Shown here piece after piece: positions 8,704 through 17,178 of a stretch of DNA of 64,000 nt (within the stretch, counting starts at the first letter, position 1; each line of letters opens with the position of its first letter). This DNA is from an uncultured Chloroflexia bacterium (GTDB lineage: Bacteria; Chloroflexota; Limnocylindria; Limnocylindrales; CSP1-4): the NCBI GenBank assembly GCA_963813535.1, contig CAWEZH010000002.1, forward strand, positions 1,632,001 through 1,696,000. Direction: 5' to 3'. The translations under genes and the position numbers were made by a program. The notes beneath the pieces are model-generated. The model saw nothing but the letters and a program-made list of their open reading frames with translations. It was not told the DNA's origin and did no database searches.

Positions 8704-9911
8704 GCGCGCTCCTCTTCTGGCTCGCCACCGGCCTGATCGGCTACACGTATGTGGGGTTCCCACTGCTCGTCATGCTCCGGGCCAGGCTTCGGCCGCGACC
8801 ACACACGACCGCCGACGTGACGCCGTCGGCCAGCGTCGTCATCGCCGCTCACGAGGAGGAAGCGTCGATCGGCGCCCGTGTCGACAACCTTCTCGCGGTC
8901 GATTACCCGCCCGAGCGCCTCGAGATCGTGATCGCCTCCGACGGCTCGACCGACCGGACCGTCGCCGAGGCTCGCCGCGACGATCCGCGCGTCCGCGTCC
9001 TTGACCTGCCACGGACCGGCAAGGCGAGCGCGCTCAACGCCGCCGTCGCCGCCTCGACCGGCGAGGTCCTGGTCTTCTCGGACGCCAACACGGCGTACGC
9101 CCCGGACGCGATCCGCCAGCTGGTTCGCTCCTTCGCGGACCCGGAGGTCGGGGGGGTCGCCGGCAACCAGGTGTACCTGAAGGCGTTGCCGGGCATGCCG
9201 CTCGACGCGAGTGATGCGACCGCCATCGGAGCCGGCGAGCGAAGCTACTGGGATTTCGATCGGGTGCTGAAGGATGCCGAGAGCCTCGGCGGCAGCGTGA
9301 TCTCGGCCACCGGCGCCATCTACGCGATCCGCCGGGAGCTGTTCCGCGAGGTCCCGGATGGCGTGACCGACGACTTCATGACCTCGACACGGGTGATCGC
9401 CGCAGGTCGCCGGCTCGTCTTCGAACCGAATGCCGTGGCACTGGAACCTGTCGCCGGCTCGAGTCGCAGTGAGTACAAGCGGAAAGTCCGGATCATGACC
9501 CGCGGGTTGCGCGGGGTGGCCATGGCACGCGGTCTGCTGGATCCCCGGCGCTACGGCTTCTACGCCGTCCAGCTGTTCACCCATAAGGTCCTGCGCCGAC
9601 TGATGGCCATCCCGCTGCTCGTGATCGCCGCAACGAGCCTCACGCTGTGGGAGAACGGACCGATCTATCGTCTGGCCGTGCTCGGTCAGGTCCTTGTCTA
9701 CGGGCTCGGCGCGATCGGTCTCGGGCTGCGCGACCATCGAGCCGGCCGCCGCCCGTGGTTCTCGCTACCGGCGTTCTTCGTGCTCGTCAACATCGCGTCG
9801 TTGCACGCGGCGTGGAACCTCGTGTCCGGCCGCCGCATCGACCGCTGGCAGCCGGCTCGCCGCCCGGACCCCGTGGCCGACACCGTGCAAGCACCGGAGG
9901 CCGGCGGATGA
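8700..9911 (+). CDS. Glycosyltransferase family 2
   Basis: SDGSTD, GKASALN, FSDAN, GAIYAIRR, DDF and C-terminal TM helices. Confidence 0.92.
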   Translation: MSALLFWLATGLIGYTYVGFPLLVMLRARLRPRPHTTADVTPSASVVIAAHEEEASIGARVDNLLAVDYPPERLEIVIASDGSTDRTVAEARRDDPRVRVLDLPRTGKASALNAAVAASTGEVLVFSDANTAYAPDAIRQLVRSFADPEVGGVAGNQVYLKALPGMPLDASDATAIGAGERSYWDFDRVLKDAESLGGSVISATGAIYAIRRELFREVPDGVTDDFMTSTRVIAAGRRLVFEPNAVALEPVAGSSRSEYKRKVRIMTRGLRGVAMARGLLDPRRYGFYAVQLFTHKVLRRLMAIPLLVIAATSLTLWENGPIYRLAVLGQVLVYGLGAIGLGLRDHRAGRRPWFSLPAFFVLVNIASLHAAWNLVSGRRIDRWQPARRPDPVADTVQAPEAGG

Positions 9912-11470
9912 CCGCGCGCGGAGCGACGGTCGATCGTCCCGTCGACGACTCCAGGTCCTCGTCGGAGAAGGCGGCGATCGCCGCAGCCACGCTCATCGTC
10001 ATGGGTGCGCTGGCGGCTGGCGTGCTCGCGGCCGACACGCCGCTGCTGGCCGTCGCTGGCGCGAGCGCGCTCTTCCTCGCTGTCGCGATCGTCTTGCGAC
10101 CGGATGTCGCGACGCTGACGACCATCGCCATCATCTACAGCAACGCGGCCGTGGTCCTCGTGCGGTTCCATGGTGCCCCGGTCATCGTCGCGGCCGTCGT
10201 GCCACTCCTGCTGGTCGTCCCGCTGGCGCGCGACCTCATCGTCCGGCGGTTGCCGGTCATCGCGCCACCGGCGATGGGTTGGATGGTCGTCTTGCTCGGC
10301 ATCTACCTCGTGTCGGCCCTGTTCTCCCTCGATACGAAGCGGTCGTGGGATGCCGTGGTCGTCTTCGTCACCGAAGGGTTCGCGCTCTACTTCCTGCTCA
10401 TCAACGTCATCCGCACGCCCGAGACCCTTCGACAGGTCACATGGGTGCTGCTGTCCGCCGGAGCGGTCGTCGCCAGCCTGTCCGTCCACCAGGTGCTGAC
10501 GGGCAACTATGACTCGAACTACCTCGGGTTCGCCCAGGCCGATACGTCGATCCGCACCGGCGTCACCACGCTGACAGGCGACGTGCTCCAGCCGCGCATG
10601 GCGGGCTCCATCGGGGAAACGAACCGGTTCGCCCAGACGATGCTGATGCTCGTGCCCCTGGGCATCTTCCGCGTCTTCGCGGAGCGGTCGTTGACACTGC
10701 GCGTGGTCGCCGGCGTCATGACCCTCGCGCTCACGCTCGGCGTGGTGCTGTCATTCTCACGCGGCGGCGCGGTCGGCCTGCTCGCACTGGTCATCGTCCT
10801 GCTGGTGATGCGGCTGATCAAGATCCGCCACGTGCTGCTGCTGGTGGTGGTGCTCGTGGCGATCCTGGCGGTGTTCCCGCAGTACGCCAACCGCCTCACG
10901 TCGCTCGTCGCGGTCAGCGGCCTCGACAGCGGCGCTGAAACCGTCGTCGACAACTCATTGCTGAGTCGCGCGACCGAGACGCTGGCCGCGGCGCTGGTGA
11001 TCGTCGACCATCCAGTGGTGGGTGTGGGGCCCTCGATGTTCTCGTACTACTACGAGCAGTACGCGAACGTGGTGGGCATCCTGGTCCGCAATGACGTCGA
11101 ACGCGAGGCGCACAACCTCTACCTCGGCATCGGCGCCGAGCTCGGTATCCCGGGGTTGATCGCCTTCCTCATGGTCGCACTCCTGACCGTGCGCTCGCTG
11201 CTGGCCGCCCGGCGCGCCAGCCTCGTTCGACGGCCCGATCTCGAGCGGCTCACGACACCGTTCCTGCTGGCGCTCATGACCTACTACGTGACAGGGATGT
11301 TCCTGCACCTCTCATTCGGGCGGTTCTACTGGATCATGCTGGCCGTCGCCACCGCGGCAGCGATCATCACGTTGCGCGAGACGGCCACGTCGACCGCCGC
11401 CGAGCCGGCCGTCGGCGCCGGGTCTCGGGCCCCGTCCACGGCTCAGAGACCCATCAACCAGTCGGTGTAG
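9908..11470 (+). CDS. O-antigen ligase / Wzy polymerase family membrane protein
   Basis: Many TM helices, SFSRGG, HPVVGVG and AHNLYL motifs; ATG 9908 in an ATGA overlap. Confidence 0.88.
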   Translation: MTARGATVDRPVDDSRSSSEKAAIAAATLIVMGALAAGVLAADTPLLAVAGASALFLAVAIVLRPDVATLTTIAIIYSNAAVVLVRFHGAPVIVAAVVPLLLVVPLARDLIVRRLPVIAPPAMGWMVVLLGIYLVSALFSLDTKRSWDAVVVFVTEGFALYFLLINVIRTPETLRQVTWVLLSAGAVVASLSVHQVLTGNYDSNYLGFAQADTSIRTGVTTLTGDVLQPRMAGSIGETNRFAQTMLMLVPLGIFRVFAERSLTLRVVAGVMTLALTLGVVLSFSRGGAVGLLALVIVLLVMRLIKIRHVLLLVVVLVAILAVFPQYANRLTSLVAVSGLDSGAETVVDNSLLSRATETLAAALVIVDHPVVGVGPSMFSYYYEQYANVVGILVRNDVEREAHNLYLGIGAELGIPGLIAFLMVALLTVRSLLAARRASLVRRPDLERLTTPFLLALMTYYVTGMFLHLSFGRFYWIMLAVATAAAIITLRETATSTAAEPAVGAGSRAPSTAQRPINQSV

Positions 11471-13068
11471 CCGAAGTTCTTGCCGGTCCGGGCCGGCGCC
11501 GCGGCGCGGTACGCCGTCCCGTAGCGGCGGTCGATGACCCAGGGCTGCCACTGGTCGTCGCCATCGGCGATCCAGCGCACGCGCCCGTACAGGAACTTCG
11601 TGGCCCGTAGCAGTGCGCGGTCCGACCAGTTCCAGGCGTCGTAGCCGGCGGCGCGGAGCAGCTCGGCCTGGAGCAGTGCACCCTGGAGGCCCTCCCAGGC
11701 GTAGCCGGTGAACGTGGGCGGCCAGGCGAATGCACCGCCGCGCCGCATCTCCTCGGGCAGCGCACCGCCGATCTCGACGCCGTTCCTCGTGCACCCGGTC
11801 GGGTTGATGCCCACGGGCTTCGACGGATCACACTGCCATGCCAGGTCGCCGTACTTGAAGCCGGCGTACGCGGTTCGATCGCCGAGATACCCGCGGAACA
11901 CCTGTGCCGTGCGAGCGAGCTGGGTCGTATCGCCGAGATATGCAGCGATCGCCGCTCGCGCGGCGCCCGCGTGGGTACCCCAGTTGTTCGGTCGCTCCTC
12001 GTGGGTGCTGATCAGCGAGCGGCCGTCGAGTGCCTTGGTCAGCAGAGCGCGGAGCCACGGCCGGAAGGCGCCGTTGTCGAAGGTGGGATCCGCCGTCTTC
12101 AAGGAGATCAGGTCGGCCGCGATGACGTACGCGGGGAGGTTGCGGCCGAGGGCGAGCGTGCGTCCGCCGGCCTCCGTGCCCAGCGCGCTGCGGAGCGCCG
12201 AGACGACGCTCGCTCGATAGCTCGCGGTCCCCGTGCGCGCATACACCAGGGCCTTGGCGAGCACCTGCTGATCGGTGTTGTCGTCCTGGTTCGAGATATT
12301 CGGGACGCCCATCGATGCGTCAGCGCGCGCCTTGAGCGAGGTCCACGCAGCGCCGGACGTCGGCAAGCGGGCGATCTCCGCGGCCGAGATGAGGATGCCG
12401 CTGCCCGGAGCGACGGGGACCGGCGGCGTCGCGGGCGTCGCGGGCGGTGTCGATGTGGGCTTGGGCGCCAGTGTCGCCGTCGGTGTCGGGGTGGCGGCTG
12501 CCGTCGGAGCGGCGGTGGCGGTCGCCGTCGGCGTCGGGGCCGCCGTCGGGTCAGCTGCCGGAGGAGTGGTCGGCGTGGGTTTGGCGGTGGGCTCGGCGTT
12601 CGGTGCCGCCGTCGGCTCCGGCGTGGGATCCGGGGCAGCCGGCGCCGCGACGACCTCGATCTCGAGCTCGGCGCGCTCGTCGCCGTCGTCGTCGACCGCC
12701 GTGATGTCGTGGTCGCCGACGTCGAACGACGCAGGCAGCGTGAATCGCACGGTGAACCTACCGCGACTATCGGTCCGGAACGTGGCGATCTCGTCGTCAT
12801 CGTCGGTGAGCAATGCGCCATCCATGCGCCGATCGAAGCCGACGCCCTTCACGGTGACGTCCTGCCCCGGGGCGGGCTCCTCCGGCGTCACCCGCAGCGT
12901 CGGGCTCGCAGCGGAGGTGATCAGCATCGGCACGATGAGCGCCGGCCCGAGGAGGAGGATCGGTAGCGTCGCCAGCCGGTCGCGCAGCATCGAGTGCCGG
13001 GGCGGTCGCGCGGAGGGCGTCGGATCCGAGACCCGGTCCCTGCGATCGGCGATGGCGATATTCCGCAC
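11443..13068 (-). CDS. Exported alginate-lyase-like protein (paralogue 1): hydrophobic leader, Ig-like domain, Pro/Thr/Ala linker, catalytic domain
   Basis: Strong SD (GGAGG) before GTG 13068; AYVIAADLI, PNNWGTHA and GYAWEGLQG resemble the PF05426 alginate lyase family. Family assignment is by recognition, not search. Confidence 0.72.
   Translation of the reverse strand: MRNIAIADRRDRVSDPTPSARPPRHSMLRDRLATLPILLLGPALIVPMLITSAASPTLRVTPEEPAPGQDVTVKGVGFDRRMDGALLTDDDDEIATFRTDSRGRFTVRFTLPASFDVGDHDITAVDDDGDERAELEIEVVAAPAAPDPTPEPTAAPNAEPTAKPTPTTPPAADPTAAPTPTATATAAPTAAATPTPTATLAPKPTSTPPATPATPPVPVAPGSGILISAAEIARLPTSGAAWTSLKARADASMGVPNISNQDDNTDQQVLAKALVYARTGTASYRASVVSALRSALGTEAGGRTLALGRNLPAYVIAADLISLKTADPTFDNGAFRPWLRALLTKALDGRSLISTHEERPNNWGTHAGAARAAIAAYLGDTTQLARTAQVFRGYLGDRTAYAGFKYGDLAWQCDPSKPVGINPTGCTRNGVEIGGALPEEMRRGGAFAWPPTFTGYAWEGLQGALLQAELLRAAGYDAWNWSDRALLRATKFLYGRVRWIADGDDQWQPWVIDRRYGTAYRAAAPARTGKNFGYTDWLMGL
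12400..12650 (-). repeat. Pro/Thr/Ala-rich low-complexity linker (PTPT/PTAA repeats)
   Basis: PTPEPTAAPNAEPTAKPTPTTPPAADPTAAPTPTATAT within the 11443-13068 CDS. Confidence 0.8.
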
Positions 13069-13154
13069 GGTGTCCTCCCTGCGTGCCTGGGCATCAGGAA
13101 GGTGCGAGCGGACGACGTCAGCGGGACGGTGAGCGTCCCAGGGGCGCGGTATGA

Positions 13155-13230
13155 CGTCGGCAACCCGGCTACCTGGGTCCCAGGCCCGTGGCTTTGCGGC
13201 CCCGCCTCACGACGGGTGTGCCTGTTCGGT
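13155..13230 (-). ncRNA. Cyclic di-GMP-I (GEMM-I) riboswitch
   Basis: Minus strand reads AACAGGCACACCCGTC-GTGA-GGCGGGGCCGCAAAGCCACGGGCCTGGGACCCAGGTAGCCGGGTTGCCGA. This matches the GEMM-I pattern (GGCA.A, GNRA-capped P2, GCAAAGCC, GGTAGC.GGGTT.CCG), about 90 nt upstream of the 13068 start. Confidence 0.92.
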
Positions 13231-13465
13231 TGTGCGGTCCGAGATGTCTATGGACGGTCGTGCCGGTCGGGATCGGGACCGTCGAACCCGTGTGTCGGTG
13301 GTCGCGCCACCATGTCCCCGGGGGTCCGCGACGGCAATCCGTCGATGGTCCCGGCGCCCCGGCGATGGGTCGCGTCGTGGGGCGAGGCGTGGTGCCAGGA
13401 GGCCACGCTGCGTCGACCCGCGACCGGACCGGACTCGACCGGACCTCACGGCCCGAAGGTACCGA

Positions 13466-14842
13466 CTAGCTGCCGTACAGCCAGTCCGTATAGCCGAAGA
13501 CCCTGCCGAACCCGGCGGGCTCAGTCGGCAGATCCAGGCCGTAGCGAGCGTTGAGCAGCCACGGCACGTGGTAGCTGACCTCTGACCGGTTCCAGGTCAG
13601 GCCCCCGGCCTCGCCCGAGCGGGAGACGATGCCGGCCGCGCGCTTCAGCGCCTCGTCGGACCACGTCCAGGCATCGCCGAACCCGTTGACGGTCAGGAGC
13701 TCTGCCTGGAGCGACAGTCCCTGGAGGGACTCGAGCGTGTAGCCGATCCCATCGCGACCCGGGGGCCACTTGCGGTTCCCCCCGCGATCGATGTCGCGGA
13801 CGATCGCCCCGTCGAGGTCGATGCCGTCGCGCGTGCACGGTGGGTTCACCGGCGTGTAGTCGTCGGGGTCACACGCCCAACTCTTCGCGCCCTCGACCCC
13901 CTGGAAACGTGACCATGACCCGCGATCGCCCAGGAACCCGCGCAGCACCTGGGCAGCGCGGGCCACGTCGGCGGTATCGCCGAGGTACAGGCTCGCGGCG
14001 ATCCGTGACGCTCCAGTGAATGAACCCCAATTGTTCGGTGCATCCTCGTGGGTCCCGGTCAGCGTCCGCCACCGGCCGTGGCCCCCGAGCTCGCGGGTGC
14101 GGATGTCATCGAGCCAGGACCGGAAGCGGTCGTCATCGGGACCGGACAACCCGATGAAGTCCGCCGCGAGGACGTACGCCCCGAGTTGGCGGCCGAGCGA
14201 CAGGATCGAGTTGTTGGCGCCGACCTGTTCGGTGCCGATCGCCGCCATGATCTGGGACCGCGCACGATCGCCGTAGGCAGGATCGCCCGTCCGAGCGAAG
14301 ACCAGCGCCGTCGCCAGGGTCATCACGCCATGGCGATCGTCCTGGTCGCTGAGGTCGGGCTCCCCGGGGGGATCGTTTGCCAGGGCGACGAGATTCTCCC
14401 AGGCCGGTCCGCTCGTCGGCAGGGCCATGAAGTCCGCCTTGTCCATGAGCAGGAACTCGTCAGATGGACGTGGCGAGGGCGGCACCGGCGTGGGCGAAGT
14501 GGGCACGGTCGGCGTGGGCTCGTCGGTCGCGCCGCCCGTCGCTGACGGCGTGTCGACGACGGCGATCGATGGCGTCGGCGAGAGGCTGGGGGACGGCCCG
14601 GAGATCAGCGGCTGCCAGATCGCGATGAGGATCGCGCCGATCACCGCGACGCCGAGCAGGACCCACAGTGGCTTTCCGCGACGGCCGGGCGGCGGTGCCG
14701 GCGGCCCGGCATTGCCCGGTGGCGGTCCTTCGGGCGGGACAGCGGGTGGCGTCGACGGGGACGTCGTCGGATCGGCCGGCGGGGTCGGCCCGTCGGCTGT
14801 GGGCGGCGTCGGCATCCTGACCGTCGGACTCTCGTCAGCCAT
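13466..14842 (-). CDS. Membrane-anchored alginate-lyase-like protein (paralogue 2)
   Basis: Pro-rich N-terminus, one TM (LWVLLGVAVIGAILIAIW), PT linker, then AYVLAADFI, PNNWGSF, GYTLESLQG, FGYTDWLYG. Start taken as MADES (14842). Confidence 0.72.
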   Translation of the reverse strand: MADESPTVRMPTPPTADGPTPPADPTTSPSTPPAVPPEGPPPGNAGPPAPPPGRRGKPLWVLLGVAVIGAILIAIWQPLISGPSPSLSPTPSIAVVDTPSATGGATDEPTPTVPTSPTPVPPSPRPSDEFLLMDKADFMALPTSGPAWENLVALANDPPGEPDLSDQDDRHGVMTLATALVFARTGDPAYGDRARSQIMAAIGTEQVGANNSILSLGRQLGAYVLAADFIGLSGPDDDRFRSWLDDIRTRELGGHGRWRTLTGTHEDAPNNWGSFTGASRIAASLYLGDTADVARAAQVLRGFLGDRGSWSRFQGVEGAKSWACDPDDYTPVNPPCTRDGIDLDGAIVRDIDRGGNRKWPPGRDGIGYTLESLQGLSLQAELLTVNGFGDAWTWSDEALKRAAGIVSRSGEAGGLTWNRSEVSYHVPWLLNARYGLDLPTEPAGFGRVFGYTDWLYGS

Positions 14843-15138
14843 CTCGGCGCAAAGTCTACGAGGACGGCCTGCAAACGCCGGTGACCGCGCCGGCGGCAGC
14901 GACGGCGGTGGTGCGTCGACGCACCGTGGTGCAGGAGCCTGACCGAGTCGGGGGTGACACGCTCGGCCATCGGATGGCAGACTTTCGATGGATCGGCCCC
15001 GGGGATCGCCGGGGCCCGAGAGGTCCGTGCTCACCGCGGACCACCAGACCCAGCCCCGTCACCCGGCCGCACCGTCCGCGGTCGGCTTGCCGTTCGTTCG
15101 TCGCTCGATCCGGCGATGTCCAGGTAGGAAGGAGCGTC

Positions 15139-16257
15139 ATGCGCTCGGTCGGTACCGGCGTCCAGTGGACGTCTCGCGTCTCCCCCAAGGTCACGGCCGT
15201 CTTCGTGGCCATCGCCCTCCTCATCCCCGCCGCCGCCGCCCCCGCCCCCGCCGAAGCAGCGACCGACTACATCCTGATGTCGCGCTCGGCCCTCATGGCC
15301 CGCCCCACAAGAGGGACGCCATGGCGGAACCTCAAGGCCGTCGCCGACGGGAGTCTCGGTAGCCCGAACCTGTGCGACCAGAACTCCCGGCACCACCTCC
15401 GGACACTCGCCGCGGCGCTCGTATTCGCGCGGACGGGTACGGCCTCGTACGGCACCAAGGCCCGGAACGGCGTCATGGCCGCGATCGGGACACAACGCGT
15501 CGGCTGCGACAACGCGACCCTCGCGCTCGGCCGGCAGCTGCCCGCGTACGTCCTCGCAGCCGACTTCGCGCAGCTCGCCGGGACCCCGAGGTCCACGTTC
15601 CGATCCTGGCTCTCCACGATCCGGCGCAAGCTCATCGGTGGTCACGGGATCTGGAACTCGCTGTATCGGACCCATCTGCGCTCGGCGACCAACTGGGGTG
15701 CCTACGCCGGTGCGGCACGCATCGCTGCGAGTCTGTATCTCGGTGATCGCGTCGATGTCGCGGCCGCGAGCCGCGTGACCCGCGGCTTCCTCGGCGACCG
15801 TAGCGCCTATCGGTTCTGGGACAGGCTGAGCACGGCGTCGAAGTCCTGGGCGTGCTCGCCGACGAACTACACGCCGGTCAACGGCTGGTGCCGGCGTGGC
15901 GGCGTCCTTGTCGATGGTGCTGTCGTCGCTGACATCGGCCGCGGCGGCTATCGTCGCTGGCCGCCGGGCGACACGGGCATCCAGTACCAGCTCGAGTCGA
16001 TCCAGGGCATGGGCCTACAGGTCGAGCTGCTCTACCAGAACGGCTATCGATCGGCATGGTCATGGTCAGCTCGCGCGCTCAAGCGGATGGCGATGGTCGT
16101 CAACCGCTCGAAGGCGTCGGGTGGGACCGGCTGGAACGAGACCCAGGCATCCCGCCAGATGCCATGGCTCCTGAACCGCCGGCTCGGGATGTCGATCCCG
16201 CGGTCCTACTCGGGTATGGGCCGCGCGCTCGGTTTCACCGACTGGCTCTGGGGCTAG
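15139..16257 (+). CDS. Secreted alginate-lyase-like protein (paralogue 3, very basic)
   Basis: AAGGAG SD before ATG 15139; signal peptide ending PAEA; AYVLAADFA, ATNWGAY, QYQLESIQG, LGFTDWLWG. Confidence 0.72.
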   Translation: MRSVGTGVQWTSRVSPKVTAVFVAIALLIPAAAAPAPAEAATDYILMSRSALMARPTRGTPWRNLKAVADGSLGSPNLCDQNSRHHLRTLAAALVFARTGTASYGTKARNGVMAAIGTQRVGCDNATLALGRQLPAYVLAADFAQLAGTPRSTFRSWLSTIRRKLIGGHGIWNSLYRTHLRSATNWGAYAGAARIAASLYLGDRVDVAAASRVTRGFLGDRSAYRFWDRLSTASKSWACSPTNYTPVNGWCRRGGVLVDGAVVADIGRGGYRRWPPGDTGIQYQLESIQGMGLQVELLYQNGYRSAWSWSARALKRMAMVVNRSKASGGTGWNETQASRQMPWLLNRRLGMSIPRSYSGMGRALGFTDWLWG

Positions 16258-16326
16258 GCGACCGCCACCGGTCGCACCCCTCGACCCCGCAACCATCCAG
16301 CGTCCGCGTGATGACCGCCTGACCCC

Positions 16327-17178
16327 CTACGGGCGGTCGTCACGCGAGACGCGACGTTCAGAGAGTCGCTCGTCGTAGCGTCGGTCGCGCCACGCCAACG
16401 CGGCCTTGAGGCCGTCGCGCCGGACGATGGTGTCCCATTCGCGCTGCTCGGGCGTGTCGGCCGCATTGATGATGGCGCCGAGGTCCAGACCGGCCTCCAC
16501 CGCGAGCCGGAACCCAGCCGCGTCCATGGCCCGATTCAACATGCGCTTGGTCGGGCCCATGACCTCGGGTGGCGTCCGAGCAAGGCGGTCGGCGAGCGCA
16601 TCGACCTCGGATGCGAGACGGTCCGCCGGCACCACCCGGTTGATGAGCCCGATGCGCTCGGCCTCGGCGGCATCGATCAGGTCGCCCGTGAGCAGCAGTT
16701 CGCGGGTCTTCTTCTGGCCGATGAGATACGGCATCAAGAGCGTGACCGGCGCCGACCCGTAGCGGATCTCCGGTTCGCCGACCATCGTCCCCTCGGCCGC
16801 GACGATGAGGTCGCAGGCCATCGCCAGCTCGAGGCCGCCCGCCAGGGCGTACCCATGGATCTGGGCGATGACCGGCTTCGGCGAGTCAAGGAAGCGCAGC
16901 GTCGCGGCGACGTCGGCCGCCAGCAGATCCCGCCAGGTGACAGGTCCGCTGATATCCGAGCCCGCCTCCTCGGTCAGGTCGTAGCCGGCGCAAAAGGCGC
17001 GGCCGGCTCCCTCGAGCACGATCACCCGCACGTCCGGGTCGGACTCGGCCGCATCGAGGGCCTCGAGCATCGCCTGCACGAGTGGTCCGTTGAGCGCATT
17101 GAGCTTGCTGGGCCGGTCGAGCAGCAGGCGGACGCCCCAATCGGTGCGGGTCGTGCGGAGGACCGGTTCGTCAGCCAT
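16327..17178 (-). CDS. Enoyl-CoA hydratase/isomerase family protein
   Basis: AFCAGYDL, KPVIAQIHG, AGGLELAMACD, PEIRYG. Confidence 0.92.
   Translation of the reverse strand: MADEPVLRTTRTDWGVRLLLDRPSKLNALNGPLVQAMLEALDAAESDPDVRVIVLEGAGRAFCAGYDLTEEAGSDISGPVTWRDLLAADVAATLRFLDSPKPVIAQIHGYALAGGLELAMACDLIVAAEGTMVGEPEIRYGSAPVTLLMPYLIGQKKTRELLLTGDLIDAAEAERIGLINRVVPADRLASEVDALADRLARTPPEVMGPTKRMLNRAMDAAGFRLAVEAGLDLGAIINAADTPEQREWDTIVRRDGLKAALAWRDRRYDERLSERRVSRDDRP

Noticed and set aside
11443-11470. 28-nt convergent overlap of the wzy-like and lyase genes as antisense regulation
   Set aside because: Short 3' overlaps of convergent genes are common in compact GC-rich genomes, and nothing else supports a regulatory role.
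13155-13230. Riboswitch as the cGAMP-sensing GEMM-Ib variant
   Set aside because: The ligand-specifying position reads G, and both nearby cyclases look like ordinary GGDEF enzymes; not excluded without probing.
14850-15130. Consecutive hairpins between the divergent lyase-like genes as a structured RNA
   Set aside because: Short GC-rich stems are expected by chance at this base composition, and I recognise no family motif.
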